Part shown: positions 41,201 through 54,800 of the stretch, one piece after another
Position numbering within the stretch: the stretch's first letter is position 1
How the letters are laid out: every line of letters begins with the position of its first letter
Source of the DNA: Auanema rhodensis
Taxonomy: Eukaryota; Animalia; Nematoda
DNA: 64,000 nucleotides
NCBI GenBank assembly: GCA_964057225.1
Contig: OZ059896.1
Coordinates: 11,594,001-11,658,000 of the forward strand
Direction of reading: 5' to 3'
The notes under the pieces: model-generated
The model's input: the letters and a program-made list of their open reading frames with translations, nothing else
Told to the model about the DNA's origin: nothing
Databases searched by the model: none
Made by a program: the position numbers and the translations under genes

Positions 41201-44200
41201 ATTCAAATATTTTGTATTTTCTAAACCATTTCACTAAATCTATATTATTTAATCCCGTATTTTAAAAAATTTTATAATTCTACGACTATTTGATAATTTC
41301 ATTCTTTAAAATTTTATTCATTAAAAAATATTTAAATTTCAATATTGTGATGCTCAAAAACTGAAACATTCAAATATTTTGTATTTTCTAAACCATTTCA
41401 CTAAATCTATATTATTTAATCCCGTATTTTAAAAAATTTTATAATTCTACGACTATTTGATAATTTCATTTTTTAAATTTTCAATCATTAAAAAACATTT
41501 AAATTTCAATATTGTGATGCTCAAAAACTGAAACATTTAAATATTTTGTATTTTCTAAACCATTTCACTAAATCTATTCTATTTAATTCCATATTTTAAA
41601 CAATTTTATAATTCTACCACTATTTGATAATTTCATTTTTCAAATTTTTAATCATTAAAAAACATTTAAATTTCAATATTGTGATGCTCAAAAACTGAAA
41701 CATTCAAATATTTTGTATTTTCTAAACCATTTCACTAAATCTATATTATTTAATCCCGTATTTTAAAAAATTTTATAATTCTACGACTATTTGATAATTT
41801 CATTCTTTAAAATTTTATTCATTAAAAAATATTTAAATTTCAATATTGTGATGCTCAAAAACTGAAACATTCAAATATTTTGTATTTTCTAAACCATTTC
41901 ACTAAATCTATATTATTTAATCCCGTATTTTAAAAAATTTTATAATTCTACGACTATTTGATAATTTCATTCTTTAAAATTTTATTCATTAAAAAATATT
42001 TAAATTTCAATATTGTGATGCTCAAAAACTGAAACATTCAAATATTTTGTATTTTCTAAACCATTTCACTAAATCTATATTATTTAATCCCGTATTTTAA
42101 AAAATTTTATAATTCTACGACTATTTGATAATTTCATTTTTTAAATTTTCAATCATTAAAAAACATTTAAATTTCAATATTGTGATGCTCAAAAACTGAA
42201 ACATTTAAATATTTTGTATTTTCTAAACCATTTCAATAAATCTATTCTATTTAATTCCATATTTTAAACAATTTTATAATTCTACCACTATTTCATAATT
42301 TCATTCTTTAAATTTTTAATCATTAAAAAACATTTAAATTTCAATATTGTGATGCTCAAAAACTGAAACATTTAAATATTTTGTATTTTCTAAACCATTT
42401 CACTAAATCTATTCTATTTAATTCCATATTTTAAACAATTTTATAATTCTACCACTATTTCATAATTTCATTCTTTAAATTTTTAATCATTAAAAAACAT
42501 TTAAATTTCAATATTGTGATGCTCAAAAACTGAAACATTTAAATATTTTGTATTTTCTTAACCATTTCACTAAATCTATTTTATTTAATTCCATATTTTA
42601 AACAATTTTATAATTCTACCACTATTTCATAATTTCATTTTTTAAATTTTCAATCATTAAAAAACATTTAAATTTCAATATTGTGATGCTCAAAAACTGA
42701 AACATTTAAATATTTTGTATTTTCTAAACCATTTCACTAAATCTATTTTATTTAATCCCATATTTTAAACTATTTTATAATTCTACCACTATTTCATAAT
42801 TTCATTCTTTAAATTTTTAATCATTAAAAAACATATAAATTTCAATATTGTGATGATCAAAAACTGAAAAATTTAAATATTTTGTATTTTCTAAACCATT
42901 TCACTAAATCTATTTTATTTAATTCCATTTTTTAAACAATTTTATAATTCTACGACTATTTCATAATTTCATTTTTTAAATTTTTAATCATTAAAAAACA
43001 TTTAAATTTCAATATTGTGATGCTCAAAAACTGAAACATTTAAATATTTTGTATTTTCTAAACCATTTCACTCCATCTCTTTTGATTAATTCCATATTTT
43101 TAACAATTTCATATTTCTACCACGAATTCATAACTTCATTTTTTAAATTTTTAATCATTAAAAAACATTTAAATTTCAATATTGTGATGCTCAAAAACTG
43201 AAACATTTAAATATTTTGTATTTTCTTAACCATTACACTCCATCTCTTTTATTTAATCCCATATTTTAAACAATTTCATAATTCTACCACTATTTCATAA
43301 TTTCATTCTTTAAAATTTTATTCATTAAAAAATATTTAAATTTCAATATTGTGATGCTCAAAAACTGAAACATTCAAATATTTTGTATTTTCTAAACCAT
43401 TTCACTAAATCTATATTATTTAATCCCGTATTTTAAACAATTTTATAATTCTACGACTATTTGATAATTTCATTTTTTAAATTTTCAATCATTAAAAAAC
43501 ATTTAAATTTCAATATTGTGATGCTCAAAAACTGAAACATTTAAATATTTTGTATTTTCTAAACCATTTCACTAAATCTATTCTATTTCATTCCATATTT
43601 TAAACAATTTTATAATTCTACCACTATTTGATAATTTCATTTTTTAAATTTTCAATCATTAAAAAACATTTAAATTTCAATATTGTGATGCTCAAAAACT
43701 GAAACATTTAAATATTTTGTATTTTCTAAACCATTTCACTAAATCTATATTATTTAATCCCATATTTTGAACAATTTTATAATTCTACCACTATTTCATA
43801 ATTTCATTCTTTAAATTTTTAATCATTAAAAAACATATAAATTTCAATATTGTGATGATCAAAAACTGAAACATTTAAATATTTTGTATTTTCTAAACCA
43901 TTTCACTAAATCTATTTTATTTAATTCCATATTTTAAACAATTTTATAATTCTACGACTATTTGATAATTTCATTTTTTAAATTTTCAATCATTAAAAAA
44001 CATTTAAATTTCAATATTGTGATGCTCAAAAACTGAAACATTTAAATATTTTGTATTTTCTAAACCATTTCACTAAATCTATTTTATTTAATCCCATATT
44101 TTAAACTATTTTATAATTCTACCACTATTTCATAATTTCATTCTTTAAATTTTTAATCATTAAAAAACATATAAATTTCAATATTGTGATGATCAAAAAC

Positions 44201-45387
44201 TGAAACATTCAAATATTTTGTATTTTCTAAACCATTTCACTAAATCTATATTATTTAATCCCGTATTTTAAAAAATTTTATAATTCTACGACTATTTGAT
44301 AATTTCATTCTTTAAAATTTTATTCATTAAAAAATATTTAAATTTCAATATTGTGATGCTCAAAAACTGAAACATTCAAATATTTTGTATTTTCTAAACC
44401 ATTTCACTAAATCTATATTATTTAATCCCGTATTTTAAAAAATTTTATAATTCTACGACTATTTGATAATTTCATTTTTTAAATTTTCAATCATTAAAAA
44501 ACATTTAAATTTCAATATTGTGATGCTCAAAAACTGAAACATTTAAATATTTTGTATTTTCTAAACCATTTCAATAAATCTATTCTATTTAATTCCATAT
44601 TTTAAACAATTTTATAATTCTACCACTATTTCATAATTTCATTCTTTAAATTTTTAATCATTAAAAAACATTTAAATTTCAATATTGTGATGCTCAAAAA
44701 CTGAAACATTTAAATATTTTGTATTTTCTAAACCATTTCACTAAATCTATTCTATTTAATTCCATATTTTAAACAATTTTATAATTCTACCACTATTTCA
44801 TAATTTCATTCTTTAAATTTTTAATCATTAAAAAACATTTAAATTTCAATATTGTGATGCTCAAAAACTGAAACATTTAAATATTTTGTATTTTCTTAAC
44901 CATTTCACTAAATCTATTTTATTTAATTCCGTATTTTAAACAATTTTATAATTCTACCACTATTTCATAATTTCATTTTTTAAATTTTCAATCATTAAAA
45001 AACATTTAAATTTCAATATTGTGATGCTCAAAAACTGAAAAATTTAAATATTTTGTATTTTCTAAACCATTTCACTAAATCTATTTTATTTAATCCCATA
45101 TTTTAAACTATTTTATAATTCTACCACTATTTCATAGATTCATTCTTTAAATTTTTAATCATTAAAAAACATATAAATTTCAATATTGTGATGATCAAAA
45201 ACTGAAAAATTTAAATATTTTGTATTTTCTAAACCATTTCACTAAATCTATTTTATTTAATTCCATTTTTTAAACAATTTTATAATTCTACGACTATTTC
45301 ATAATTTCATTTTTTAAATTTTTAATCATTAAAAAACATTTAAATTTCAATATTGTGATGCTCAAAAACTGAAACATTTAAATATTT
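38281..45387 (+). repeat. 167-bp satellite array, block 2 (~42 monomers)
   Basis: Same monomer and orientation as block 1. Confidence 0.97.
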
Positions 45388-45925
45388 GGCCCTTTTTCCA
45401 TATCTATACCCCCCGTTTTAAGCCCCGCCCCTTTTGCCGTTAGGCACATACTTTTATTAAAATGTAATACCTATATGAGATACGGTGGTATCCAAATATC
45501 CACAAATGTCCCTTTTTTTTTAAATTTCCGGTCTTGACGGTCTTTTATGGTTATTTCGAGCAAAAGAAAGACTCATTTGTCGTTAACATCGGTCACATTT
45601 GTTAGTCTGAAAGACTATACCTTTCTCTTGCAAGAATTGAAAGGCATCAGCTTCGGTACGAAACCGTTCTTTTGGAGCAAACATTTAGACGAAAAATGGT
45701 TGAAAATGTAGATGCAATAACCAATAATGATTCAGTTTTTATATTATAATATATTCAAGGTTTATTATAGTTATTATAACTACCCCCATAGGGGGGGAAA
45801 CCCCCCCCAAACCCCCCCCCCCCCCCCCCCGTTTTAGGAAGAGAAGCCGAATGGTAGAAAAGTATGCGCCCAAAGGCAAAAGAGGCGGGGCTTAAAACGG
45901 GGGGTATAGATATGGAAAAAGAGCC
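45388..45925 (-). mobile_element. Non-autonomous Merlin/IS1016-type DNA transposon (538-bp deletion derivative / MITE), copy 1
   Basis: About 68-bp imperfect TIRs starting GG (GGCCCTTTTTCCATATCTATACCCCCCGTTTTAAGCCCCGCC... versus its reverse complement at the right end). 8-bp TSD AAATATTT at 45380-45387 and 45926-45933. Minus-strand transposase-like remnant inside. Confidence 0.88.
45550..45684 (-). pseudogene. N-terminal remnant of Merlin/IS1595-family transposase (zinc-ribbon start), with in-frame stop
   Basis: Hand translation gives MFAPKERFRTEADAFQFLQEKGIVFQTNKCDRC*RQMSLSFARNN, with TAA at 45585-45583. The pattern E.DA..FL.E.G....CxxC...M resembles Merlin/IS1595 N-termini. Recognised by eye only. 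Confidence 0.65.
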
Positions 45926-48900
45926 AAATATTTTGTATTTTCTAAACCATTTCACTCCATCTCTTTTGATTAATTCCATATTTTTAACAATTTCATATTT
46001 CTACCACGAATTCATAACTTCATTTTTTAAATTTTTAATCATTAAAAAACATTTAAATTTCAATATTGTGATGCTCAAAAACTGAAACATTTAAATATTT
46101 TGTATTTTCTTAACCATTACACTCCATCTCTTTTATTTAATCCCATATTTTAAACAATTTCATAATTCTACCACTATTTCATAATTTCATTCTTTAAAAT
46201 TTTATTCATTAAAAAATATTTAAATTTCAATATTGTGATGCTCAAAAACTGAAACATTCAAATATTTTGTATTTTCTAAACCATTTCACTAAATCTATAT
46301 TATTTAATCCCGTATTTTAAAAAATTTTATAATTCTACGACTATTTGATAATTTCATTTTTTAAATTTTCAATCATTAAAAAACATTTAAATTTCAATAT
46401 TGTGATGCTCAAAAACTGAAACATTTAAATATTTTGTATTTTCTAAACCATTTCACTAAATCTATTCTATTTAATTCCATATTTTAAACAATTTTATAAT
46501 TCTACGACTATTTGATAATTTCATTTTTCAAATTTTCAATCATTAAAAAACATTTAAATTTCAATATTGTGATGCTCAAAAACTGAAACATTTAAATATT
46601 TTGTATTTTCTAAACCATTTCACTAAATCTATTCTATTTAATTCCATATTTTAAACAATTTTATAATTCTACGACTATTTGATAATTTCATTTTTCAAAT
46701 TTTCAATCATTAAAAAACATTTAAATTTCAATATTGTGATGCTCAAAAACTGAAACATTTAAATATTTTGTATTTTCTAAACCATTTCACTAAATCTATT
46801 CTATTTAATTCCATATTTTAAACAATTTTATAATTCTACGACTATTTGATAATTTCATTTTTCAAATTTTTAATCATTAAAAAACATTTAAATTTCAATA
46901 TTGTGATGCTCAAAAACTGAAACATTTAAATATTTTGTATTTTCTAAACCATTTCACTCCATCTCTTTTGATTAATTCCATATTTTTAACAATTTCATAT
47001 TTCTACCACGAATTCATAACTTCATTTTTTAAATTTTTAATCATTAAAAAACATTTAAATTTCAATATTGTGATGCTCAAAAACTGAAACATTTAAATAT
47101 TTTGTATTTTCTTAACCATTACACTCCATCTCTTTTATTTAATCCCATATTTTAAACAATTTTATAATTCTACGACTATTTGATAATTTCATTTTTTAAA
47201 TTTTCAATCATTAAAAAACATTTAAATTTCAATATTGTGATGCTCAAAAACTGAAACATTTAAATATTTTGTATTTTCTAAACCATTTCACTAAATCTAT
47301 TCTATTTAATTCCATATTTTAAACAATTTTATAATTCTACGACTATTTGATAATTTCATTTTTCAAATTTTCAATCATTAAAAAACATTTAAATTTCAAT
47401 ATTGTGATGCTCAAAAACTGAAACATTTAAATATTTTGTATTTTCTTAACCATTACACTCCATCTCTTTTATTTAATCCCATATTTTAAACAATTTTATA
47501 ATTCTACCACTATTTCATAATTTCATTCTTTAAATTTTTAATCATTAAAAAACATTTAAATTTCAATATTGTGATGCTCAAAAACTGAAACATTTAAATA
47601 TTTTGTATTTTCTTAACCATTTCACTAAATCTATTTTATTTAATTCCATATTTTAAACAATTTTATAATTCTACCACTATTTCATAATTTCATTTTTTAA
47701 ATTTTCAATCATTAAAAAACATTTAAATTTCAATATTGTGATGCTCAAAAACTGAAACATTTAAATATTTTGTATTTTCTAAACCATTTCACTAAATCTA
47801 TTTTATTTAATCCCATATTTTAAACTATTTTATAATTCTACCACTATTTCATAATTTCATTCTTTAAATTTTTAATCATTAAAAAACATATAAATTTCAA
47901 TATTGTGATGATCAAAAACTGAAAAATTTAAATATTTTGTATTTTCTAAACCATTTCACTAAATCTATTTTATTTAATTCCATTTTTTAAACAATTTTAT
48001 AATTCTACGACTATTTCATAATTTCATTTTTTAAATTTTTAATCATTAAAAAACATTTAAATTTCAATATTGTGATGCTCAAAAACTGAAACATTTAAAT
48101 ATTTTGTATTTTCTAAACCATTTCACTCCATCTCTTTTGATTAATTCCATATTTTTAACAATTTCATATTTCTACCACGAATTCATAACTTCATTTTTTA
48201 AATTTTTAATCATTAAAAAACATTTAAATTTCAATATTGTGATGCTCAAAAACTGAAACATTTAAATATTTTGTATTTTCTTAACCATTACACTCCATCT
48301 CTTTTATTTAATCCCATATTTTAAACAATTTCATAATTCTACCACTATTTCATAATTTCATTCTTTAAAATTTTATTCATTAAAAAATATTTAAATTTCA
48401 ATATTGTGATGCTCAAAAACTGAAACATTTAAATATTTTGTATTTTCTTAACCATTTCACTAAATCTATTTTATTTAATTCCATATTTTAAACAATTTTA
48501 TAATTCTACCACTATTTCATAATTTCATTTTTTAAATTTTCAATCATTAAAAAACATTTAAATTTCAATATTGTGATGCTCAAAAACTGAAACATTTAAA
48601 TATTTTGTATTTTCTAAACCATTTCACTAAATCTATTTTATTTAATCCCATATTTTAAACTATTTTATAATTCTACCACTATTTCATAATTTCATTCTTT
48701 AAATTTTTAATCATTAAAAAACATATAAATTTCAATATTGTGATGATCAAAAACTGAAAAATTTAAATATTTTGTATTTTCTAAACCATTTCACTAAATC
48801 TATTTTATTTAATTCCATTTTTTAAACAATTTTATAATTCTACGACTATTTCATAATTTCATTTTTTAAATTTTTAATCATTAAAAAACATTTAAATTTC

Positions 48901-51277
48901 AATATTGTGATGCTCAAAAACTGAAACATTTAAATATTTTGTATTTTCTAAACCATTTCACTCCATCTCTTTTGATTAATTCCATATTTTTAACAATTTC
49001 ATATTTCTACCACGAATTCATAACTTCATTTTTTAAATTTTTAATCATTAAAAAACATTTAAATTTCAATATTGTGATGCTCAAAAACTGAAACATTTAA
49101 ATATTTTGTATTTTCTTAACCATTACACTCCATCTCTTTTATTTAATCCCATATTTTAAACAATTTCATAATTCTACCACTATTTCATAATTTCATTCTT
49201 TAAAATTTTATTCATTAAAAAATATTTAAATTTCAATATTGTGATGCTCAAAAACTGAAACATTCAAATATTTTGTATTTTCTAAACCATTTCACTAAAT
49301 CTATATTATTTAATCCCGTATTTTAAACAATTTTATAATTCTACGACTATTTGATAATTTCATTTTTTAAATTTTCAATCATTAAAAAACATTTAAATTT
49401 CAATATTGTGATGCTCAAAAACTGAAACATTTAAATATTTTGTATTTTCTAAACCATTTCACTAAATCTATTCTATTTCATTCCATATTTTAAACAATTT
49501 TATAATTCTACCACTATTTGATAATTTCATTTTTTAAATTTTCAATCATTAAAAAACATTTAAATTTCAATATTGTGATGCTCAAAAACTGAAACATTTA
49601 AATATTTTGTATTTTCTAAACCATTTCACTAAATCTATATTATTTAATCCCATATTTTGAACAATTTTATAATTCTACCACTATTTCATAATTTCATTCT
49701 TTAAATTTTTAATCATTAAAAAACATATAAATTTCAATATTGTGATGATCAAAAACTGAAACATTTAAATATTTTGTATTTTCTAAACCATTTCACTAAA
49801 TCTATTTTATTTAATTCCATATTTTAAACAATTTTATAATTCTACGACTATTTGATAATTTCATTTTTTAAATTTTCAATCATTAAAAAACATTTAAATT
49901 TCAATATTGTGATGCTCAAAAACTGAAACATTTAAATATTTTGTATTTTCTAAACCATTTCACTAAATCTATTTTATTTAATCCCATATTTTAAACTATT
50001 TTATAATTCTACCACTATTTCATAATTTCATTCTTTAAATTTTTAATCATTAAAAAACATATAAATTTCAATATTGTGATGATCAAAAACTGAAACATTC
50101 AAATATTTTGTATTTTCTAAACCATTTCACTAAATCTATATTATTTAATCCCGTATTTTAAAAAATTTTATAATTCTACGACTATTTGATAATTTCATTC
50201 TTTAAAATTTTATTCATTAAAAAATATTTAAATTTCAATATTGTGATGCTCAAAAACTGAAACATTCAAATATTTTGTATTTTCTAAACCATTTCACTAA
50301 ATCTATATTATTTAATCCCGTATTTTAAAAAATTTTATAATTCTACGACTATTTGATAATTTCATTTTTTAAATTTTCAATCATTAAAAAACATTTAAAT
50401 TTCAATATTGTGATGCTCAAAAACTGAAACATTTAAATATTTTGTATTTTCTAAACCATTTCAATAAATCTATTCTATTTAATTCCATATTTTAAACAAT
50501 TTTATAATTCTACCACTATTTCATAATTTCATTCTTTAAATTTTTAATCATTAAAAAACATTTAAATTTCAATATTGTGATGCTCAAAAACTGAAACATT
50601 TAAATATTTTGTATTTTCTAAACCATTTCACTAAATCTATTCTATTTAATTCCATATTTTAAACAATTTTATAATTCTACCACTATTTCATAATTTCATT
50701 CTTTAAATTTTTAATCATTAAAAAACATTTAAATTTCAATATTGTGATGCTCAAAAACTGAAACATTTAAATATTTTGTATTTTCTTAACCATTTCACTA
50801 AATCTATTTTATTTAATTCCGTATTTTAAACAATTTTATAATTCTACCACTATTTCATAATTTCATTTTTTAAATTTTCAATCATTAAAAAACATTTAAA
50901 TTTCAATATTGTGATGCTCAAAAACTGAAAAATTTAAATATTTTGTATTTTCTAAACCATTTCACTAAATCTATTTTATTTAATCCCATATTTTAAACTA
51001 TTTTATAATTCTACCACTATTTCATAGATTCATTCTTTAAATTTTTAATCATTAAAAAACATTTAAATTTCAATATTGTGATGATCAAAAACTGAAAAAT
51101 TTAAATATTTTGTATTTTCTAAACCATTTCACTAAATCTATTTTATTTAATTCCATTTTTTAAACAATTTTATAATTCTACGACTATTTCATAATTTCAT
51201 TTTTTAAATTTTTAATCATTAAAAAACATTTAAATTTCAATATTGTGATGCTCAAAAACTGAAACATTTAAATATTT
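45926..51277 (+). repeat. 167-bp satellite array, block 3 (32 monomers)
   Basis: 5352 bp = 32 x 167 + 8-bp TSD. Confidence 0.97.
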
Positions 51278-51815
51278 GGCCCTTTTTCCATATCTATACC
51301 CCCCGTTTTAAGCCCCGCCCCTTTTGCCGTTAGGCACATACTTTTATTAAAATGTAATACCTATATGAGATACGGTGGTATCCAAATATCCACAAATGTC
51401 CCTTTTTTTTTAAATTTCCGGTCTTGACGGTCTTTTATGGTTATTTCGAGCAAAAGAAAGACTCATTTGTCGTTAACATCGGTCACATTTGTTAGTCTGA
51501 AAGACTATACCTTTCTCTTGCAAGAATTGAAAGGCATCAGCTTCGGTACGAAACCGTTCTTTTGGAGCAAACATTTAGACGAAAAATGGTTGAAAATGTA
51601 GATGCAATAACCAATAATGATTCAGTTTTTATATTATAATATATTCAAGGTTTATTATAGTTATTATAACTACCCCCATAGGGGGGGAAACCCCCCCCAA
51701 ACCCCCCCCCCCCCCCCCCCGTTTTAGGAAGAGAAGCCGAATGGTAGAAAAGTATGCGCCCAAAGGCAAAAGAGGCGGGGCTTAAAACGGGGGGTATAGA
51801 TATGGAAAAAGAGCC
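51278..51815 (-). mobile_element. Merlin/IS1016-type non-autonomous element, copy 2
   Basis: Appears identical to 45388-45925 at +5890, with the same TIRs, the same AAATATTT TSD and the same position in the monomer. Confidence 0.88.
51440..51574 (-). pseudogene. Merlin-type transposase N-terminal remnant, copy 2
   Basis: Same sequence as 45550-45684. Confidence 0.65.
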
Positions 51816-54800
51816 AAATATTTTGTATTTTCTAAACCATTTCACTCCATCTCTTTTGATTAATTCCATATTTTTAACAATTTCATATTTCTACCACGAA
51901 TTCATAACTTCATTTTTTAAATTTTTAATCATTAAAAAACATTTAAATTTCAATATTGTGATGCTCAAAAACTGAAACATTTAAATATTTTGTATTTTCT
52001 TAACCATTACACTCCATCTCTTTTATTTAATCCCATATTTTAAACAATTTCATAATTCTACCACTATTTCATAATTTCATTCTTTAAAATTTTATTCATT
52101 AAAAAATATTTAAATTTCAATATTGTGATGCTCAAAAACTGAAACATTCAAATATTTTGTATTTTCTAAACCATTTCACTAAATCTATATTATTTAATCC
52201 CGTATTTTAAAAAATTTTATAATTCTACGACTATTTGATAATTTCATTTTTTAAATTTTCAATCATTAAAAAACATTTAAATTTCAATATTGTGATGCTC
52301 AAAAACTGAAACATTTAAATATTTTGTATTTTCTAAACCATTTCACTAAATCTATTCTATTTAATTCCATATTTTAAACAATTTTATAATTCTACGACTA
52401 TTTGATAATTTCATTTTTCAAATTTTCAATCATTAAAAAACATTTAAATTTCAATATTGTGATGCTCAAAAACTGAAACATTTAAATATTTTGTATTTTC
52501 TAAACCATTTCACTAAATCTATTCTATTTAATTCCATATTTTAAACAATTTTATAATTCTACGACTATTTGATAATTTCATTTTTCAAATTTTCAATCAT
52601 TAAAAAACATTTAAATTTCAATATTGTGATGCTCAAAAACTGAAACATTTAAATATTTTGTATTTTCTAAACCATTTCACTAAATCTATTCTATTTAATT
52701 CCATATTTTAAACAATTTTATAATTCTACGACTATTTGATAATTTCATTTTTCAAATTTTTAATCATTAAAAAACATTTAAATTTCAATATTGTGATGCT
52801 CAAAAACTGAAACATTTAAATATTTTGTATTTTCTAAACCATTTCACTCCATCTCTTTTGATTAATTCCATATTTTTAACAATTTCATATTTCTACCACG
52901 AATTCATAACTTCATTTTTTAAATTTTTAATCATTAAAAAACATTTAAATTTCAATATTGTGATGCTCAAAAACTGAAACATTTAAATATTTTGTATTTT
53001 CTTAACCATTACACTCCATCTCTTTTATTTAATCCCATATTTTAAACAATTTTATAATTCTACGACTATTTGATAATTTCATTTTTTAAATTTTCAATCA
53101 TTAAAAAACATTTAAATTTCAATATTGTGATGCTCAAAAACTGAAACATTTAAATATTTTGTATTTTCTAAACCATTTCACTAAATCTATTCTATTTAAT
53201 TCCATATTTTAAACAATTTTATAATTCTACGACTATTTGATAATTTCATTTTTCAAATTTTCAATCATTAAAAAACATTTAAATTTCAATATTGTGATGC
53301 TCAAAAACTGAAACATTTAAATATTTTGTATTTTCTTAACCATTACACTCCATCTCTTTTATTTAATCCCATATTTTAAACAATTTCATAATTCTACCAC
53401 TATTTCATAATTTCATTCTTTAAAATTTTATTCATTAAAAAATATTTAAATTTCAATATTGTGATGCTCAAAAACTGAAACATTTAAATATTTTGTATTT
53501 TCTAAACCATTTCACTAAATCTATTCTATTTAATTCCATATTTTAAACAATTTTATAATTCTACCACTATTTCATAATTTCATTCTTTAAATTTTTAATC
53601 ATTAAAAAACATTTAAATTTCAATATTGTGATGCTCAAAAACTGAAACATTTAAATATTTTGTATTTTCTAAACCATTTCACTAAATCTATTCTATTTAA
53701 TTCCATATTTTAAACAATTTTATAATTCTACCACTATTTCATAATTTCATTCTTTAAATTTTTAATCATTAAAAAACATTTAAATTTCAATATTGTGATG
53801 CTCAAAAACTGAAACATTTAAATATTTTGTATTTTCTTAACCATTACACTCCATCTCTTTTATTTAATCCCATATTTTAAACAATTTCATAATTCTACCA
53901 CTATTTCATAATTTCATTCTTTAAAATTTTATTCATTAAAAAATATTTAAATTTCAATATTGTGATGCTCAAAAACTGAAACATTTAAATATTTTGTATT
54001 TTCTTAACCATTACACTCCATTTCTTTTATTTAATCCCATATTTTAAACAATTTCATAATTCTACCACTATTTCATAATTTCATTCTTTAAATTTTTAAT
54101 CATTAAAAAACATTTAAATTTCAATATTGTGATGCTCAAAAACTGAAACATTTAAATATTTTGTATTTTCTAAACCATTTCACTAAATCTATTCTATTTA
54201 ATTCCATATTTTAAACAATTTTATAGTTCTACCACTATTTCATAATTTCATTCTTTAAAATTTTATTCATTAAAAAATATTTAAATTTCAATATTGTGAT
54301 GCTCAAAAACTGAAACATTTAAATATTTTGTATTTTCTAAACCATTTCACTAAATCTATTCTATTTAATTCCATATTTTAAACAATTTTTTAATTCTACC
54401 ACTATTTCATAATTTCATTCTTTAAATTTTTAATCATTAAAAAACATTTAAATTTCAATATTGTGATGCTCAAAAACTGAAACATTTAAATATTTTGTAT
54501 TTTCTAAACCATTTCACTAAATCTATTCTATTTAATTCCATATTTTAAACAATTTTATAGTTCTACCACTATTTCATAATTTCATTCTTTAAAATTTTAT
54601 TCATTAAAAAATATTTAAATTTCAATATTGTGATGCTCAAAAACTGAAACATTTAAATATTTTGTATTTTCTAAACCATTTCACTAAATCTATTCTACTT
54701 AATTCCATATTTTAAACAATTTTTTAATTCTACCACTATTTCATAATTTCATTCTTTAAATTTTTAATCATTAAAAAACATTTAAATTTCAATATTGTGA

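Noticed and set aside
45388-45925. hAT assignment based on the 8-bp TSD
   Set aside because: GG termini, long TIRs and the CxxC N-terminal remnant fit Merlin better. Mutator is not fully excluded.
45755-46085. ORFs 45755-45979(-) and 45864-46085(+), and their copies at 51645-51975
   Set aside because: They straddle the TIR/satellite junction, and the poly-Gly comes from the C homopolymer.
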